Below are positions 25,976 through 36,761 of a DNA stretch of 41,895 nucleotides, one piece after another. Source of the DNA: Pseudomonadota bacterium. Lineage in GTDB: Bacteria > Bdellovibrionota_B > Oligoflexia > Oligoflexales > RGVZ01. A program made the translations under genes and the position numbers. The first letter of the stretch is position 1; each line of letters starts with the position of its first letter. The stretch lies in assembly GCA_041178085.1 (NCBI GenBank), contig JBEGVZ010000102.1, positions 1 through 41,895 on the forward strand, written 5' to 3'. The notes under the pieces were generated by a model, which ran no database searches, had not been told where the DNA came from, and saw only the letters and a program-made list of their open reading frames with translations.

Positions 25976-28900
25976 TCACATCTGCCACTGGAACGGCATC
26001 TCGGCTCCGGTGCTCAGAGGCACCTCGTCCGAAATGGTCCCGCTGACCGCGTTCTTGTCACCCGGATCCAACCGCAAAGCAGCGCGGGACATCCACTTGT
26101 TGCCATTAAAAACAGCGGGATTCTTGCGTTGGGCGGCAAGGTTGGAGCTGAAGTAATTTTTGGCCAGGGTCTTGAGACGAGAGCTGGCATCACGGGACTT
26201 GCCATCGGCCTGTACCTTTGCCAGGTCGTCAGACATCAGCTCAGCGGCGCGACCAGCGAGGTAACGCGCCTCTGGTGCAGTCTCCTTGTCGCCTGAAGCT
26301 GCCGCACGATCGTAACGGGAAACAACTTCATCAAACGCCTGAAGCTTTTTTGTCACGACACTGCTAGCTGATGGTTCCCGTCCATCGACCTGGATGCTGG
26401 CCAGTTTGGCATCAAAATGCTTGCCAAGGAAAAGATTTACGCGCCCGGCCAACGGGGCATACTGGTCTCCCAGCTGCTCACGTTCCTGGTCAATTCTGCG
26501 AGCGAGGATCTCAAGGTTATCGATGCCTTGCTGTTCATCGCCGCGCTGGATCGCGAGCGTGCCAAGCAGATACTGGCTTTCGAATCGCTCGGACAGTTCT
26601 TTTGAGGCTTTCAGGCGCTCTGCACCAATCTTCTGGGCGGTCGACAGATTGCCCGCGTCAATTGCATACTGAAATGCGCGCGACAGGGATGCCAGACGGT
26701 CCTCGCGCCGGGACTCGCGCGATGCGAGAAGATCTGCCGCAGCCATGGCACCCGCATTGTCGCCGTTTGCCGATGCAAGTTTTTCTGCCCGCTCAAGCGC
26801 AGCCTTGCTCCGAGTGTGGGACGGGTTCGACCTGGCAAATTCAAGATACCCCTTTGCTGCATCGCCAAGCTTCAACTGAAATTCATCCGCGCGCGCGGCC
26901 AGATAGGCCATGTCGCCGCGGAATTCACGCAAATCTTCCCGTTGGTACGACCTGGCTACGCGCAAGGCCTCCGGCCATGAACCCCCCAGCGCAAGCAAGT
27001 ACGCACCGTCACGGAGCAACTTTTCACGCCCGGGCAGCCCCGGATTTTCTGATCCTGTCTGAACTAGAAGCGCCCCCGCCTCAAGCACCTTGCCATCGCG
27101 ATTCAGGCGTCCACCTTCGTCAAGGGCTGCCGTGGACAAGACACCCTCGAGTTCATTGCGAAGGCTGGCACCGAGTTCCTTCCAGTCTTCCATGCGCAGA
27201 AACTTCGAAACGAGTGATACGACCTCGGCACTTGGTGACTGCGCAAGCTCCGCGAAAACCAGACCGCGGATCGCAAGACTTCGCTGGGCAGCCCCCGGCT
27301 TCGCCAGCAGGACCCTTTGCCAGTACTTCTGGGCTTCCGCGTACAGACCTTCATCACGGCATGCGCTGGCTCCAACCAGCATCAGTTCAAGGCTACGGGC
27401 CTGTCCGGGAAAGCGGCTGGTAAAATCATCGATTGCCAACGTCAGCTGGCGAAGTGCGTCCGCAGAGGACTGGTTGACACCCTTCTGGTCAGGAAGACCT
27501 TTTCCTTGTACCGCAACTTTTTCCCTCTCTGATTTCCAGATGCGTTCAGCAGCAAGGACATCCTGGTAGGCAGTCAGTTCAAGGAGCCGGCGGTCAAGCG
27601 CGAAGGCCGTCTTGAGTTCCTGGTATCGGCGGCGTGCCTCAGCCAGGTCGTTTTGAAAATACATGGAGTTCGCAACGCGCAAGCGCCACTCGTTGGCGCT
27701 CGCATCGTGTCCGTTGGTTTCCAGGAGCGTGTCGTAAAGGTTGGCGGCTGTCTTGAAGGACGACTGCGAACCACTTTGTATACCGTCCTCGTAAAACCAG
27801 GCAGCTGCCTTGCGCGTCGCCTCGGTCCCGTTCTTTTCCAGTGCGCCTGAGGCCTCGATGTCATTGCGATTCACTGCACGCCAAAGGCTGTGTCCATGGA
27901 GCAGGTTTGCGAGTCTGGCACGCACTGCCATGGCCTTGCCGACTTCACCGGTTTTGTCCCTTCCCGTCGCAGCAAGCTCGGCAATCCAGGGCACTTCGCG
28001 GGAATTGGGGAAGCGGGCAAGAAGAAAATCACCAAGCTCACTCATGGCCGAATGGCGGTTCGCTCCGCCTTGTCGGCGCATCACCCGCAAACCGGCTTGC
28101 GCGCCGACGAGCTTCAACGAGGGCCGTCCGAGCACCCGCTGGATAAGCGCCGGATTGCCGATCTCATAGAGGGCATCACCGAGCAATTCCGCGGCATCAC
28201 CCTGGATCCCGCGGCGTTCCTGTTCACCCAAGATGTCCATGTGAGGCTGTAGAAGCTCTTCTGTGGCGGATAACGTCTCGTCCAACATACCGCCCTTGTA
28301 GGCGGCCCATGCAGAGCGGTATAACGCCTTTACACGGGTCCGCATCGCAACGCGACGCAAGGATGGATTGCGGGCAAGGGTGTCCGCGATCTCCCTGGCG
28401 CGCTGGTAATACTTCCATGCGGAACGCGATTCACTTTGTTCGAACGCGTAATCACCCGCCGCAATATTCGCAGCCAGTACCGGCTGGTTCTGGCGTGGAC
28501 GCCCGGCGAGCGCTTGCCAGACCTTCAAGGCCTCCGCATTCTGGCCAGTTTTTTCGAGCAACACGGCACGCAACGCCGAAGCATCGTCCCGCATCGAAGC
28601 ATCCGGCCAAGATTCCTCAAAATCCCGCAGTTGATTCAACGCTTCCTTGCGCAGCTGGTCGGCCGTATCCGCATTGGTCTCTTGCTCGATCGTCGCAATG
28701 CGGTCGATGATCCTCGCATAGTTCAAGACCACAAACTGGCGATTCGATGCAGCAGGAAACTGGACCAAGTGCTTGCGATATTTGTCCACGGAGGACCGCA
28801 ACAAATCGAGTTGCTGACGGGTCCGCTCAACCCGCTTCTGGTTTTCTTCCCGATCCAGCCGGTCATAGAGGGCCCGCAAACGGGACTGACCAGCGGCTGC

Positions 28901-29086
28901 GGCACGGGCCTCATATTCCTGAAGGGCGCTCCAGTAGTCGCGATAAGCACGAACACTGGCTGGATCTGGCACTTCAGGCGCAAGGGCAGACGCTTCCACG
29001 CCAGGCAACAAGTCCTGGGCGATCGCGAATCCCGCGAATGACAGGGAAACCATCGAGAAAATGAGGGTCCTTCTCAATCGAGCCAT
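25976..29086 (-). CDS. Large exported TPR protein (1036 aa)
   Basis: Signal peptide ending FAIA, multiple TPR/YfiO-like repeats ending in FP/HP turns. Overlaps the upstream gene. Confidence 0.8.
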   Translation of the reverse strand: MARLRRTLIFSMVSLSFAGFAIAQDLLPGVEASALAPEVPDPASVRAYRDYWSALQEYEARAAAAGQSRLRALYDRLDREENQKRVERTRQQLDLLRSSVDKYRKHLVQFPAASNRQFVVLNYARIIDRIATIEQETNADTADQLRKEALNQLRDFEESWPDASMRDDASALRAVLLEKTGQNAEALKVWQALAGRPRQNQPVLAANIAAGDYAFEQSESRSAWKYYQRAREIADTLARNPSLRRVAMRTRVKALYRSAWAAYKGGMLDETLSATEELLQPHMDILGEQERRGIQGDAAELLGDALYEIGNPALIQRVLGRPSLKLVGAQAGLRVMRRQGGANRHSAMSELGDFLLARFPNSREVPWIAELAATGRDKTGEVGKAMAVRARLANLLHGHSLWRAVNRNDIEASGALEKNGTEATRKAAAWFYEDGIQSGSQSSFKTAANLYDTLLETNGHDASANEWRLRVANSMYFQNDLAEARRRYQELKTAFALDRRLLELTAYQDVLAAERIWKSEREKVAVQGKGLPDQKGVNQSSADALRQLTLAIDDFTSRFPGQARSLELMLVGASACRDEGLYAEAQKYWQRVLLAKPGAAQRSLAIRGLVFAELAQSPSAEVVSLVSKFLRMEDWKELGASLRNELEGVLSTAALDEGGRLNRDGKVLEAGALLVQTGSENPGLPGREKLLRDGAYLLALGGSWPEALRVARSYQREDLREFRGDMAYLAARADEFQLKLGDAAKGYLEFARSNPSHTRSKAALERAEKLASANGDNAGAMAAADLLASRESRREDRLASLSRAFQYAIDAGNLSTAQKIGAERLKASKELSERFESQYLLGTLAIQRGDEQQGIDNLEILARRIDQEREQLGDQYAPLAGRVNLFLGKHFDAKLASIQVDGREPSASSVVTKKLQAFDEVVSRYDRAAASGDKETAPEARYLAGRAAELMSDDLAKVQADGKSRDASSRLKTLAKNYFSSNLAAQRKNPAVFNGNKWMSRAALRLDPGDKNAVSGTISDEVPLSTGAEMPFQWQM

Positions 29087-31437
29087 GCTGAGTTCCCTCC
29101 GGCCTGGAATTCCATCGCCTCGTCGCGGGCAGATTTGCGGGCTGCATCAAACTGCATCTGCTCTGCACGCGCGCCTTCACGAACCCGCTCAGACCTCATC
29201 GCATCAATGTCTGCACTCCACTGGTCAAGTCGGGCAATCTGTTGTCCTGACCGCTGACGGATCGTATCGACGATTTCAGCGCGGCGACCGCCAAGCCACA
29301 GCGAAATCCTGTTGCGAAGCGACAGAATTGCCTCTGAAGTTCGCGCAGAATCTTCTTCCCGCTGCCACAATTCACCGACAGTTCTTGCCAACTCAGCCTT
29401 CATGCTGCGGTCCAGTGATGTTAACTGCTGGTAAGATTCACGCGCGGCCTGTTGCCAAAGATTCCAAGCCCGCTCAAAATCACTGAAAAGAAGCCGCTCG
29501 GCAGTATCCGCCGCCTCATTCCTGGCGCGCCGCAGGATGGCTTCCTCATCAAACAAGGACATGGAATAGAAAGCCATCAGGCGCCGAAGCGGCCTGTGTG
29601 TGCCGGTGTCGGCAAGGTTCTCAATCTGAAGGGACCGCACCATCTCAACAGCCTTGCTTGCCCGCTCTCGCAGAAAAGAGATCTGCGGGTCATATTCGCG
29701 CCAGGCCTGGGACTCCTTTCCAGAGCGAGCCTCAAGATACCTTACCGCGGCAAGGGACGCTTGTGCCGAGGAGAGTCGCGAAGCAACCTGACCAAGACGG
29801 ATGCTGCCGTCAAATAGATCTGCCGTCTTCTGCCACCCCTCACTCCTTGCCAGCGTCTCGGGATATTTGCCGAGCAGGCCATTCCTGCGGTTTTCAAGTG
29901 ATTGCAGTTCTTCACGTTCGACGGGGTTCAGTCGCTGGGCTAACAAATGACGCTCCAGACCAACCAGCTTGTGACCCGCGGCAAGATGCCGCCGGACCAG
30001 CAAATCCAATCCGCGCGTGGTGTTGATCCAGGATGGATTGATCTGGTCAAGGCGCGCGCGACCGAGCGTGAAGAATAGCTGACGGACGTCGCCGCGGTCA
30101 TCATCGACATGGTTTGTTTGAACCGCAAGACGCTTGAACAGACGCCAACCGGATTCAAGGTCATCAGGCGCATCAAGCAAACCTTCGTGTTTGAGGTACA
30201 GCCGATCCACGGTTCCCTCGTCCAGCGGCCTTGCCCCGGACAATTCCCGTTCAGCAAATTCAACAAGCTCTATGTAAGCCTGCCGTTGTGCTGCGATAGT
30301 CTTGTTCGCAACCTCCCAGTCACCCGCCTTGATCGCAAGGGCTGTATCGAGCTTTCCCAGGCGGATCCGTGACGATACATCCCTCGAAGCAAATTGCTTC
30401 CTGAAGATGTTCGCCTGGTCACGCGCTTCCCCTGTCCTGCCAGCCCCGATCAATGCGTAAACGCCCTCGAAAAGCGCGTCCTTGAAAGAACCTGAGAGTT
30501 CATCAATTGCGGAGTAGGAATCCGCCGCAGGCCCCGCCTGCCCAAGCCGCATCTGCACCCTCGCTAGCATCAGCCTTGCCCTGTCCCTGCGTTCACTCTC
30601 CGCTGAACCAAAAGAGGCAATCGCTCCCTTGAACAAAGACATCGCAGGTTCGAGGCGGCCTGACGCCACCGCCAGCAGCCCATTCAAATACTGTATCTCC
30701 CCCGACAAGACAGCCGGAGCACCCGAAAGCACAGGGTCTCGCAGCAAGCGCTGGGCGAGAGCAATATCACCGGTTGCGCCGGCGGCCCTGGCAGCAAGGA
30801 CGAGAACCTCCATGCGTGCCTGAAGCGGCATGGCGACACTGGTCATCGCGGCAAAAAATTTCTTTAGTTCAACTCGGGCCTGAGCACCACCCTTGCGCAT
30901 CAGGCGCGACACAAGCCGCAGCATCTCGACAAGGTCAGCATGTGAGGATGTTGAGGCGTTTTGCGAGATGAATGAAGCTACATAGCGAAGCGCAGCGCGC
31001 ATTGCCTTGTCAGCGTCGCCAACCTTCTCATGACTGATCGCCAGCTGACGCTGGGCGACGAGATACCTTTGGGGCTCGCCGGTCTGTACGAGGTTCAGGT
31101 ACCGGTTCAGTTCTCGAATGGTGGACAGTTGATCACCCGACTCGACAAAAGCTTGAGAAGCACGCCAAGCCCTCTCCGCGGCAATCTTGCGGGGACCGAT
31201 TACGGGTTGTTCCGCAACCTGCGGAAGGCTCCTCATGGCCTGAATCATTCTTTCAAGGTCACGCTGGATCTGTGCGACTTCGACCTCAGGTGCTTCCAGC
31301 ACCAAGGGTTGCGAATCACCACTTCTGGAGGCTCCTGCAGCCAGCAAGTCCCCGGCGACACATAAGCCAATCCCGCACCACACCGGCACGATGCGCCAGC
31401 TGGCCCATGCGATTGCGATGGCAGGTTTTCCTGTCAC
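29074..31437 (-). CDS. Exported TPR plus coiled-coil protein (787 aa)
   Basis: N-terminal TPRs (ARLMLARV..RLG, DALFEGVYA) and a long coiled-coil C-terminal half. GTGA overlap with the upstream gene. Confidence 0.75.
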   Translation of the reverse strand: MTGKPAIAIAWASWRIVPVWCGIGLCVAGDLLAAGASRSGDSQPLVLEAPEVEVAQIQRDLERMIQAMRSLPQVAEQPVIGPRKIAAERAWRASQAFVESGDQLSTIRELNRYLNLVQTGEPQRYLVAQRQLAISHEKVGDADKAMRAALRYVASFISQNASTSSHADLVEMLRLVSRLMRKGGAQARVELKKFFAAMTSVAMPLQARMEVLVLAARAAGATGDIALAQRLLRDPVLSGAPAVLSGEIQYLNGLLAVASGRLEPAMSLFKGAIASFGSAESERRDRARLMLARVQMRLGQAGPAADSYSAIDELSGSFKDALFEGVYALIGAGRTGEARDQANIFRKQFASRDVSSRIRLGKLDTALAIKAGDWEVANKTIAAQRQAYIELVEFAERELSGARPLDEGTVDRLYLKHEGLLDAPDDLESGWRLFKRLAVQTNHVDDDRGDVRQLFFTLGRARLDQINPSWINTTRGLDLLVRRHLAAGHKLVGLERHLLAQRLNPVEREELQSLENRRNGLLGKYPETLARSEGWQKTADLFDGSIRLGQVASRLSSAQASLAAVRYLEARSGKESQAWREYDPQISFLRERASKAVEMVRSLQIENLADTGTHRPLRRLMAFYSMSLFDEEAILRRARNEAADTAERLLFSDFERAWNLWQQAARESYQQLTSLDRSMKAELARTVGELWQREEDSARTSEAILSLRNRISLWLGGRRAEIVDTIRQRSGQQIARLDQWSADIDAMRSERVREGARAEQMQFDAARKSARDEAMEFQAGGNSAWLD

Positions 31438-32249
31438 AACTTCACCTCACCCGCACCTGTGAGACTGATGCTTCCCTTGCTGTCAGGCTTGGTGGGGGCG
31501 TCGACGATGACTTGCATCTGACGACGCTCCTTGCCGTCCGGGACGCTGAACTCAAATTCACGGGCAACGCGACGCGTGACATCGGAGGCCAAAGGTCCAG
31601 CCGGGTTGTCCTTTACGGTCAGGGTTGCATCCACCGAAAGCTTATGGGCACCAGGAGGAATCGGTCCCGCGTAGAGCGGAACCTTGTTGGAAGGCATCCA
31701 CACACCACCTGCCTGGGTCGTCTTGTAAACCTCCACGCCATCGATACTCACCGCCAGTGATTTAACCGTGGCACGTTCCAGACCACGAAACTCGGCGTCA
31801 ATGTTGATGAAATTATCGACACGAGCCTCTTCGATCACCTTCAGCCGGGCTTTTTGAATGTCCGCGTGAAGGCGCTCCACTTTGGTCTCCAAAGACGCAA
31901 CGGCAGCGGAGAGCTCTTGCAACATGGCCGAAGAATCCGAATCCCCGCCGTTGCCTCGTGGAGTGTCTGAGCCCGCATCACGGCTGAATTTCAGGGATTT
32001 CCCGGCCTGCGGAATGGCATTATCGCGGGCAGCCGGCTTCATTCGTTCATCGACGGTCAAGCCACCTGATTCATTATCGGTTAACTTCTTCTCCAGGCGC
32101 TCAAGGATAGACTCCACTTCACTGATGTTCTTGTCCTTGGCAGAACCTGACGCCTGATAACCTTCCGCGCCGGACGAGGGAGATGTCGTAATTGAGAAAA
32201 CCAACAGTGCTCCGGCCAACAGGACTGGACCTTTACGATTATTGCTCAC
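31434..32249 (-). CDS. Exported coiled-coil plus beta-sandwich protein
   Basis: Signal peptide, coiled coil (LETKVERLHADIQKARL) and beta domain SIDGVEVY...LYAGPIPPGAHKLSV. Confidence 0.7.
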   Translation of the reverse strand: MSNNRKGPVLLAGALLVFSITTSPSSGAEGYQASGSAKDKNISEVESILERLEKKLTDNESGGLTVDERMKPAARDNAIPQAGKSLKFSRDAGSDTPRGNGGDSDSSAMLQELSAAVASLETKVERLHADIQKARLKVIEEARVDNFINIDAEFRGLERATVKSLAVSIDGVEVYKTTQAGGVWMPSNKVPLYAGPIPPGAHKLSVDATLTVKDNPAGPLASDVTRRVAREFEFSVPDGKERRQMQVIVDAPTKPDSKGSISLTGAGEVKL

Positions 32250-32282
32250 GGTAGTCCCCCAAGACAGTCGTTATTCCAGCCA

Positions 32283-33752
32283 TCAACGCCGGGAAATTGT
32301 CTCCCGGGCTTTGCCCGGACCCATCGCCACACGCAACTTGCGCGCATGATCGCGCGGCAAGCGAATCTCGAAACCAGACGGCAACTGCTTTTTGCGTAAA
32401 TTCTTGAAAGCAGCTGGCAGCAGACACGGGTTCAATTCAGCCAGGCGTTTCTCTGGAAGTCTGGAGGCGGAGAGAATCTCTGCAACGGACGCTTTGCGTG
32501 GCAATGTCACAAATTCGGCCGCGACATTCTCGCCCGCGCGCTTTCCCTTCTGTTTTTTCTTCCATGAATCGTAGACATTCACTGCAGCAAGAAACTCTGC
32601 GTAAAAATTCCGGCTGGCAAAACCGAATGAGCGGGATCGGTAGTTGGCCAGGATCAGATTGATGTCATCCGACCCTGCTTCACGCATGGCTCGCTCAAGG
32701 CCTGCGGCACCATGGTTATATGCCGTCACAGCAAGAGGCCAGCTACGCAGGATTTCGTAATTATCCTGCATCAGCATTGCCGCTGCACGTGTCGCCTTCC
32801 AGGGCGAGTTCCGCTCGTCCACCATCCGCCCATCCACGCGCATGTAAAGTCGGGCCGTCTGCGGCATGAACTGCCACATTCCAGAGGCTCCGACCCTTGA
32901 GCGCGCGGCTGAGTTGAACATCGACTCGACAAACGGAAGCCTGGTCAGCTGAATGGGCAGGCCCTGGCCAGCAAACACCTTCTCCATGTAAGGAAGGTAG
33001 TTTTGCGCGTTGCGTGCGGCCTCATCAAACGTGTCCGCGAGGCCACTCTGCGAACGGAGGTGAATATCGCCTGCAAGAAGCTTTTCCCTCTGCGACTCGT
33101 CACTGCCGTAGGTGGCCCAAACTCTGCGTTCGATGGCGCCATACTGAAGCGCGGCCTCGCCCATCTGGCGGAACCGCGCAATAGCCAACTCGTATCGGTC
33201 CACGTAACGCTGAGCGACCCGTTGACGTTCCGATCGACCGGCAACTGGATCTCCTGCGCGACCGCGAACTGCTTCCTTGAAGTCAATGAGGTCCACGATC
33301 CGGTCTGGCTCATCGACATCGTGAATAATCATGGTTGTCGATGGATAGTCCCGGAAAACCATCTCCCAGAATTTAACTTTGCGGCCAACCAGGCCTTGCG
33401 CAGGAAACAATTCCTTCGCACCGCTGCGCTGATCGTTGGATCGCTTGCTAGTGGCCTTCCCTTCGCCTTTTGAAGGAGGGACAACATCTCCACGGCTTTT
33501 CTGGGGCAGATCGTCGCTGGCTTCAAAACCTGCAGGCTCCCCGACGCTTTCCTTCTCGAGTGCCACGGCATTTTCGCGCTCAAGCTCTTCAACGAAGTAT
33601 TCAAGTTCGCTGTCGCGGGGCAGCGCTGCATCCGCAGCAATTCCAACCGGCACAACACTTGAGGCAACAGTGGCGCCAAGCAGCGGTGCAAGAAGGCACG
33701 GCAGCATGATCGCCAAAGCCAATGCAGGACGATTGCGGGGAAGGCCCAACAT
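32283..33752 (-). CDS. Lytic transglycosylase (SLT/MltD-like) with C-terminal LysM-like domain
   Basis: FVES (catalytic Glu), GASGMWQFM, DERN, AVTAYNHG and LAELNP motifs. Signal peptide. Confidence 0.9.
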   Translation of the reverse strand: MLGLPRNRPALALAIMLPCLLAPLLGATVASSVVPVGIAADAALPRDSELEYFVEELERENAVALEKESVGEPAGFEASDDLPQKSRGDVVPPSKGEGKATSKRSNDQRSGAKELFPAQGLVGRKVKFWEMVFRDYPSTTMIIHDVDEPDRIVDLIDFKEAVRGRAGDPVAGRSERQRVAQRYVDRYELAIARFRQMGEAALQYGAIERRVWATYGSDESQREKLLAGDIHLRSQSGLADTFDEAARNAQNYLPYMEKVFAGQGLPIQLTRLPFVESMFNSAARSRVGASGMWQFMPQTARLYMRVDGRMVDERNSPWKATRAAAMLMQDNYEILRSWPLAVTAYNHGAAGLERAMREAGSDDINLILANYRSRSFGFASRNFYAEFLAAVNVYDSWKKKQKGKRAGENVAAEFVTLPRKASVAEILSASRLPEKRLAELNPCLLPAAFKNLRKKQLPSGFEIRLPRDHARKLRVAMGPGKARETISRR

Positions 33753-33970
33753 GCCTGGGGCTCCTTGCGTGCGCGGTTGCAGAATACGCCTGAGAATGCT
33801 CTTGTGGTCATCCCAAGAGTAACAAAAGCCTTAAAATTCAGGCAACTGAGCCACATTCGCAAGAACGGGCAAGAAGTCCGATTTCGCCAGACAAGGATCG
33901 AAATGTTTGGGATTCACCAAGGCAAGGTCCGGCAGCCGCTTTACCGTCAGGAATTTGACGGTGGGATGGC

Positions 33971-34837
33971 CTACTCGTATTTCTGAAGCTCCAAGGTCGT
34001 AGTCAACTCACCGACCAGTTTCTGAATCAGGTCCTGGTTCTCGCCGGAACTACCGGTCGGTTTGATAAAGTCTGAAATCTGACCTTTGATCTTGATGACC
34101 GGGATCAAGATCGGGCGATAGCTGAAATACCACTCCATCTCGCTGAACAGCATCCCAAACGTCGAGGGGACACCTTCAAAGCCTTGCTTCTCATTCTTCC
34201 AATGGATGACGTTCTCGAGCTTGATGTTCTTCGCCGGGTAGGAGTAATCAGTCTTGGGGTTGATCACTGTGATCTTAAATGAACCCTGGGAATTGTATGA
34301 CTCCCTGGTGCGAGGGCTCTTGCCGGTCACGGTTGACTGGTATACCCGCGAAAAACCTTTGTACTTCGATGGATCCTGAATCACTGGACCAATGATGAAT
34401 GGTCTTGCTGGTTCAAACTTTGCGCCACCAACTTCGGACACCGCAAGGACATAACCGTCGTGCTCGATCAGCTTTGTCTTGTCCTGCACACTCCCGCCCT
34501 GAGCCGCCCCGGACGCCGCGGCTGCATTCAGCATCGATCCGAGATCAAGGTCGAAACCCTGGCACTTCAATTTGAACTCCGGAAACCGAACCTCGAAGTT
34601 GCTCATGATCTCCAGGGTCACAGGGCCGGTGCAAAGGGTGAGCGTCGAAGCAGTCTGAACTTTTGCGAGGTAGGTTGAAGTCGAAACCTTGGTAACGGGT
34701 GTTCCCGCCGTTGCCGGCTCCGCCACCCCGGTCTTCTGTTCACCGGAACCGCGCCCTACATCCTGCTGGCAGGACGAAAGGGCGCCAACGAGCAATAAAA
34801 GAGAAATCATCTGCGATGAAATAAAATCGAGCTTCAT
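33971..34837 (-). CDS. Hypothetical lipoprotein (paralogue of 35682..36737)
   Basis: Lipobox LSSC, ATGA overlap with the upstream gene, motifs shared with the 351-aa lipoprotein. Confidence 0.8.
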   Translation of the reverse strand: MKLDFISSQMISLLLLVGALSSCQQDVGRGSGEQKTGVAEPATAGTPVTKVSTSTYLAKVQTASTLTLCTGPVTLEIMSNFEVRFPEFKLKCQGFDLDLGSMLNAAAASGAAQGGSVQDKTKLIEHDGYVLAVSEVGGAKFEPARPFIIGPVIQDPSKYKGFSRVYQSTVTGKSPRTRESYNSQGSFKITVINPKTDYSYPAKNIKLENVIHWKNEKQGFEGVPSTFGMLFSEMEWYFSYRPILIPVIKIKGQISDFIKPTGSSGENQDLIQKLVGELTTTLELQKYE

Positions 34838-35685
34838 TGGCCAAGCCCCGACATGCCACCACTAACGACTCCCTTGAGCGCCGACTGCAGAAACTCCTGC
34901 ACCATGGTATCGACGCCAAGGCTATAACTGGACATCTTGATTGAAAAATCGAGATACATGTCATTTGCATGGGGAATCATCAAGATCATCGCTGAGAAGT
35001 TTTTCAGGATGGACTTCTCATAGATCTGGTCTTTTGCGGTACGGACATAGACTGCAATGCCATGCTCGAACAACTTGCCATCGATGTGAATATCGTGGTC
35101 TGCATTGGCGATGCCGGTGACCTTCAAATTGAACTTGGCAGAAAAAGACTTGTCTTCCTGGTCCATCTTCGTTGCCTCCAGGAACGTGATGACGGGCGTC
35201 GCGACTTTTGAAAGACCACTTCCGGCCGAACCGATGTCCTTCATCGGGACGGGAGTTCCGGGCGGCGTGTTCTTGTTACCGCCGAGCAGCTTTCCGAGGT
35301 TTGATGCCATGCTGACAAAGGACTTCTTGAGCCAGAACTGACCGCGATACGCACCGTTGACCACTTCCCCGGACTTTCCGCCGGGCAGGTAATCAATCGG
35401 CACAAATGCAAGGCTGTTGGGGCTGTTCAAGCTGTGGGCGTTCGACCCGGCGTCCACGTACCGACTGAAGTCGAAGGGTGGCGTGGCCACCTTTGCATCA
35501 GCAAGATAGACCTTGAAGGATGAAAGGGTCTCTGTCGCCTTTTCAACCAGTGGCTTAGTACCTTTTGCATCGAACTGGCGTCCCACATCAGAGCTCTTCT
35601 TGGTCGGAGCCCCGCAGGCAGCGAACAAACCCATCGCGGCACCCGCAACGAAGGCCCTTGTCAAGCTGGATGAAATTCGGCTCAT
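34834..35685 (-). CDS. Hypothetical lipoprotein
   Basis: Lipobox FAAC, ATGA overlaps at both ends. Confidence 0.8.
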   Translation of the reverse strand: MSRISSSLTRAFVAGAAMGLFAACGAPTKKSSDVGRQFDAKGTKPLVEKATETLSSFKVYLADAKVATPPFDFSRYVDAGSNAHSLNSPNSLAFVPIDYLPGGKSGEVVNGAYRGQFWLKKSFVSMASNLGKLLGGNKNTPPGTPVPMKDIGSAGSGLSKVATPVITFLEATKMDQEDKSFSAKFNLKVTGIANADHDIHIDGKLFEHGIAVYVRTAKDQIYEKSILKNFSAMILMIPHANDMYLDFSIKMSSYSLGVDTMVQEFLQSALKGVVSGGMSGLGQ

Positions 35686-36737
35686 TTTATCGCCCGCCCG
35701 CCGCTAGAGGGTCCGTTACTGGTGTTCCCAATCCGGTCAACCATCTCCTTGAGCTGGTCCATCGTTGCAATGTCCATCACGACCTGAACGGTACCCTTCT
35801 TGATGCCATCCGCGATAAGCTTGCCTGCAATGTCACCTGCGGCGCCGCCAAAGGGGCCAAAAATCATGCTACCGATGCCGCGAGTGAAACCCGAGATACC
35901 GTCTTCGAGCTTCTTGTTGGCGGCTGCAGGGTCCTGGCTGCTGGCCAGGGCATCAGCCACTGTGGCGTCCATCTCAATTCTCAGGATCGCGAATGGCTCC
36001 AGAGAGATGTACATCTTGAACCGGTCCCAGAGCATGTGGTTCATGATCTGCACTTCATTGAAACCGGTGTGCTTCAGCTCGAACACAAGAACGTTCTTGA
36101 ATTCGTGGCTGAACGACAATTTTCCGGGACGGTAACGTCCACCGTGCTCAAGCACGCGCAAATTTGCTGTACCCTGAGACGTCGCACCAGTCTTCAAGTC
36201 TCTGATCGTCAGTTGTTTCGTGACATTCAATTTCCGTAATACTTCCGGTGTCGCCCCGACAAAGTTCGGCAGAAACGGACGGCCCGGTGAGTAAGAACCC
36301 GCTCCAAGCGTTGAAAGAGAGATGACGTCGTCTACAATCTGCACCGGACTGGCACCTTGGTTGCCCGGTGCATTGAATCCTCCCATCAAGCGGGCAAGGT
36401 CGATTTCACCGTTGCCATCGCCGAGTCCACCAAGTGAACTGCACTTGAGCCGACCCTCAGGTATCCGGAAAAGATTGGTTGTGTTACCACCCTTGGCGGC
36501 AAGATTGACCTCAAACTGGATCGCGCCATCGCACATTTTGAAACCCAGGGCGTTGGCGACCGTAACATAACGGGCGTTCATGAACTGGATGTTGTCGGGC
36601 ACTTCCGGACCATCCTGCGCTCCCAGATTCCCGCCGTTCTTCTTGATGTTAAGTCCGGGCTGGTTCGGGGCACAGGCGTTGAAAGCCAGCGCGAAAAGCG
36701 CCAAGCGTGCGTAGCGGTTAATCAGGGACGTTTCCAT
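35682..36737 (-). CDS. Hypothetical lipoprotein (first gene of a three-lipoprotein operon)
   Basis: Lipobox FNAC, GAGGG RBS, Gly-rich helical segment near the C-terminus. Confidence 0.8.
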   Translation of the reverse strand: METSLINRYARLALFALAFNACAPNQPGLNIKKNGGNLGAQDGPEVPDNIQFMNARYVTVANALGFKMCDGAIQFEVNLAAKGGNTTNLFRIPEGRLKCSSLGGLGDGNGEIDLARLMGGFNAPGNQGASPVQIVDDVISLSTLGAGSYSPGRPFLPNFVGATPEVLRKLNVTKQLTIRDLKTGATSQGTANLRVLEHGGRYRPGKLSFSHEFKNVLVFELKHTGFNEVQIMNHMLWDRFKMYISLEPFAILRIEMDATVADALASSQDPAAANKKLEDGISGFTRGIGSMIFGPFGGAAGDIAGKLIADGIKKGTVQVVMDIATMDQLKEMVDRIGNTSNGPSSGGRAIK

Positions 36738-36761
36738 TCCACACCCTCAAAAGTAGATATC

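Noticed and set aside
26371..27423. 350-aa plus-strand ORF and other long antisense ORFs (e.g. 20390..21142, 25165..25926, 14041..14679)
   Set aside because: They lie antisense to well-supported genes, as expected in GC-rich coding DNA, and have no recognisable motifs.
33943..33962. Hairpin ACCGTCA-N6-TGACGGT after the lipoprotein operon
   Set aside because: Short stem with no U-tract on the coding strand. It could be a terminator, but support is insufficient.
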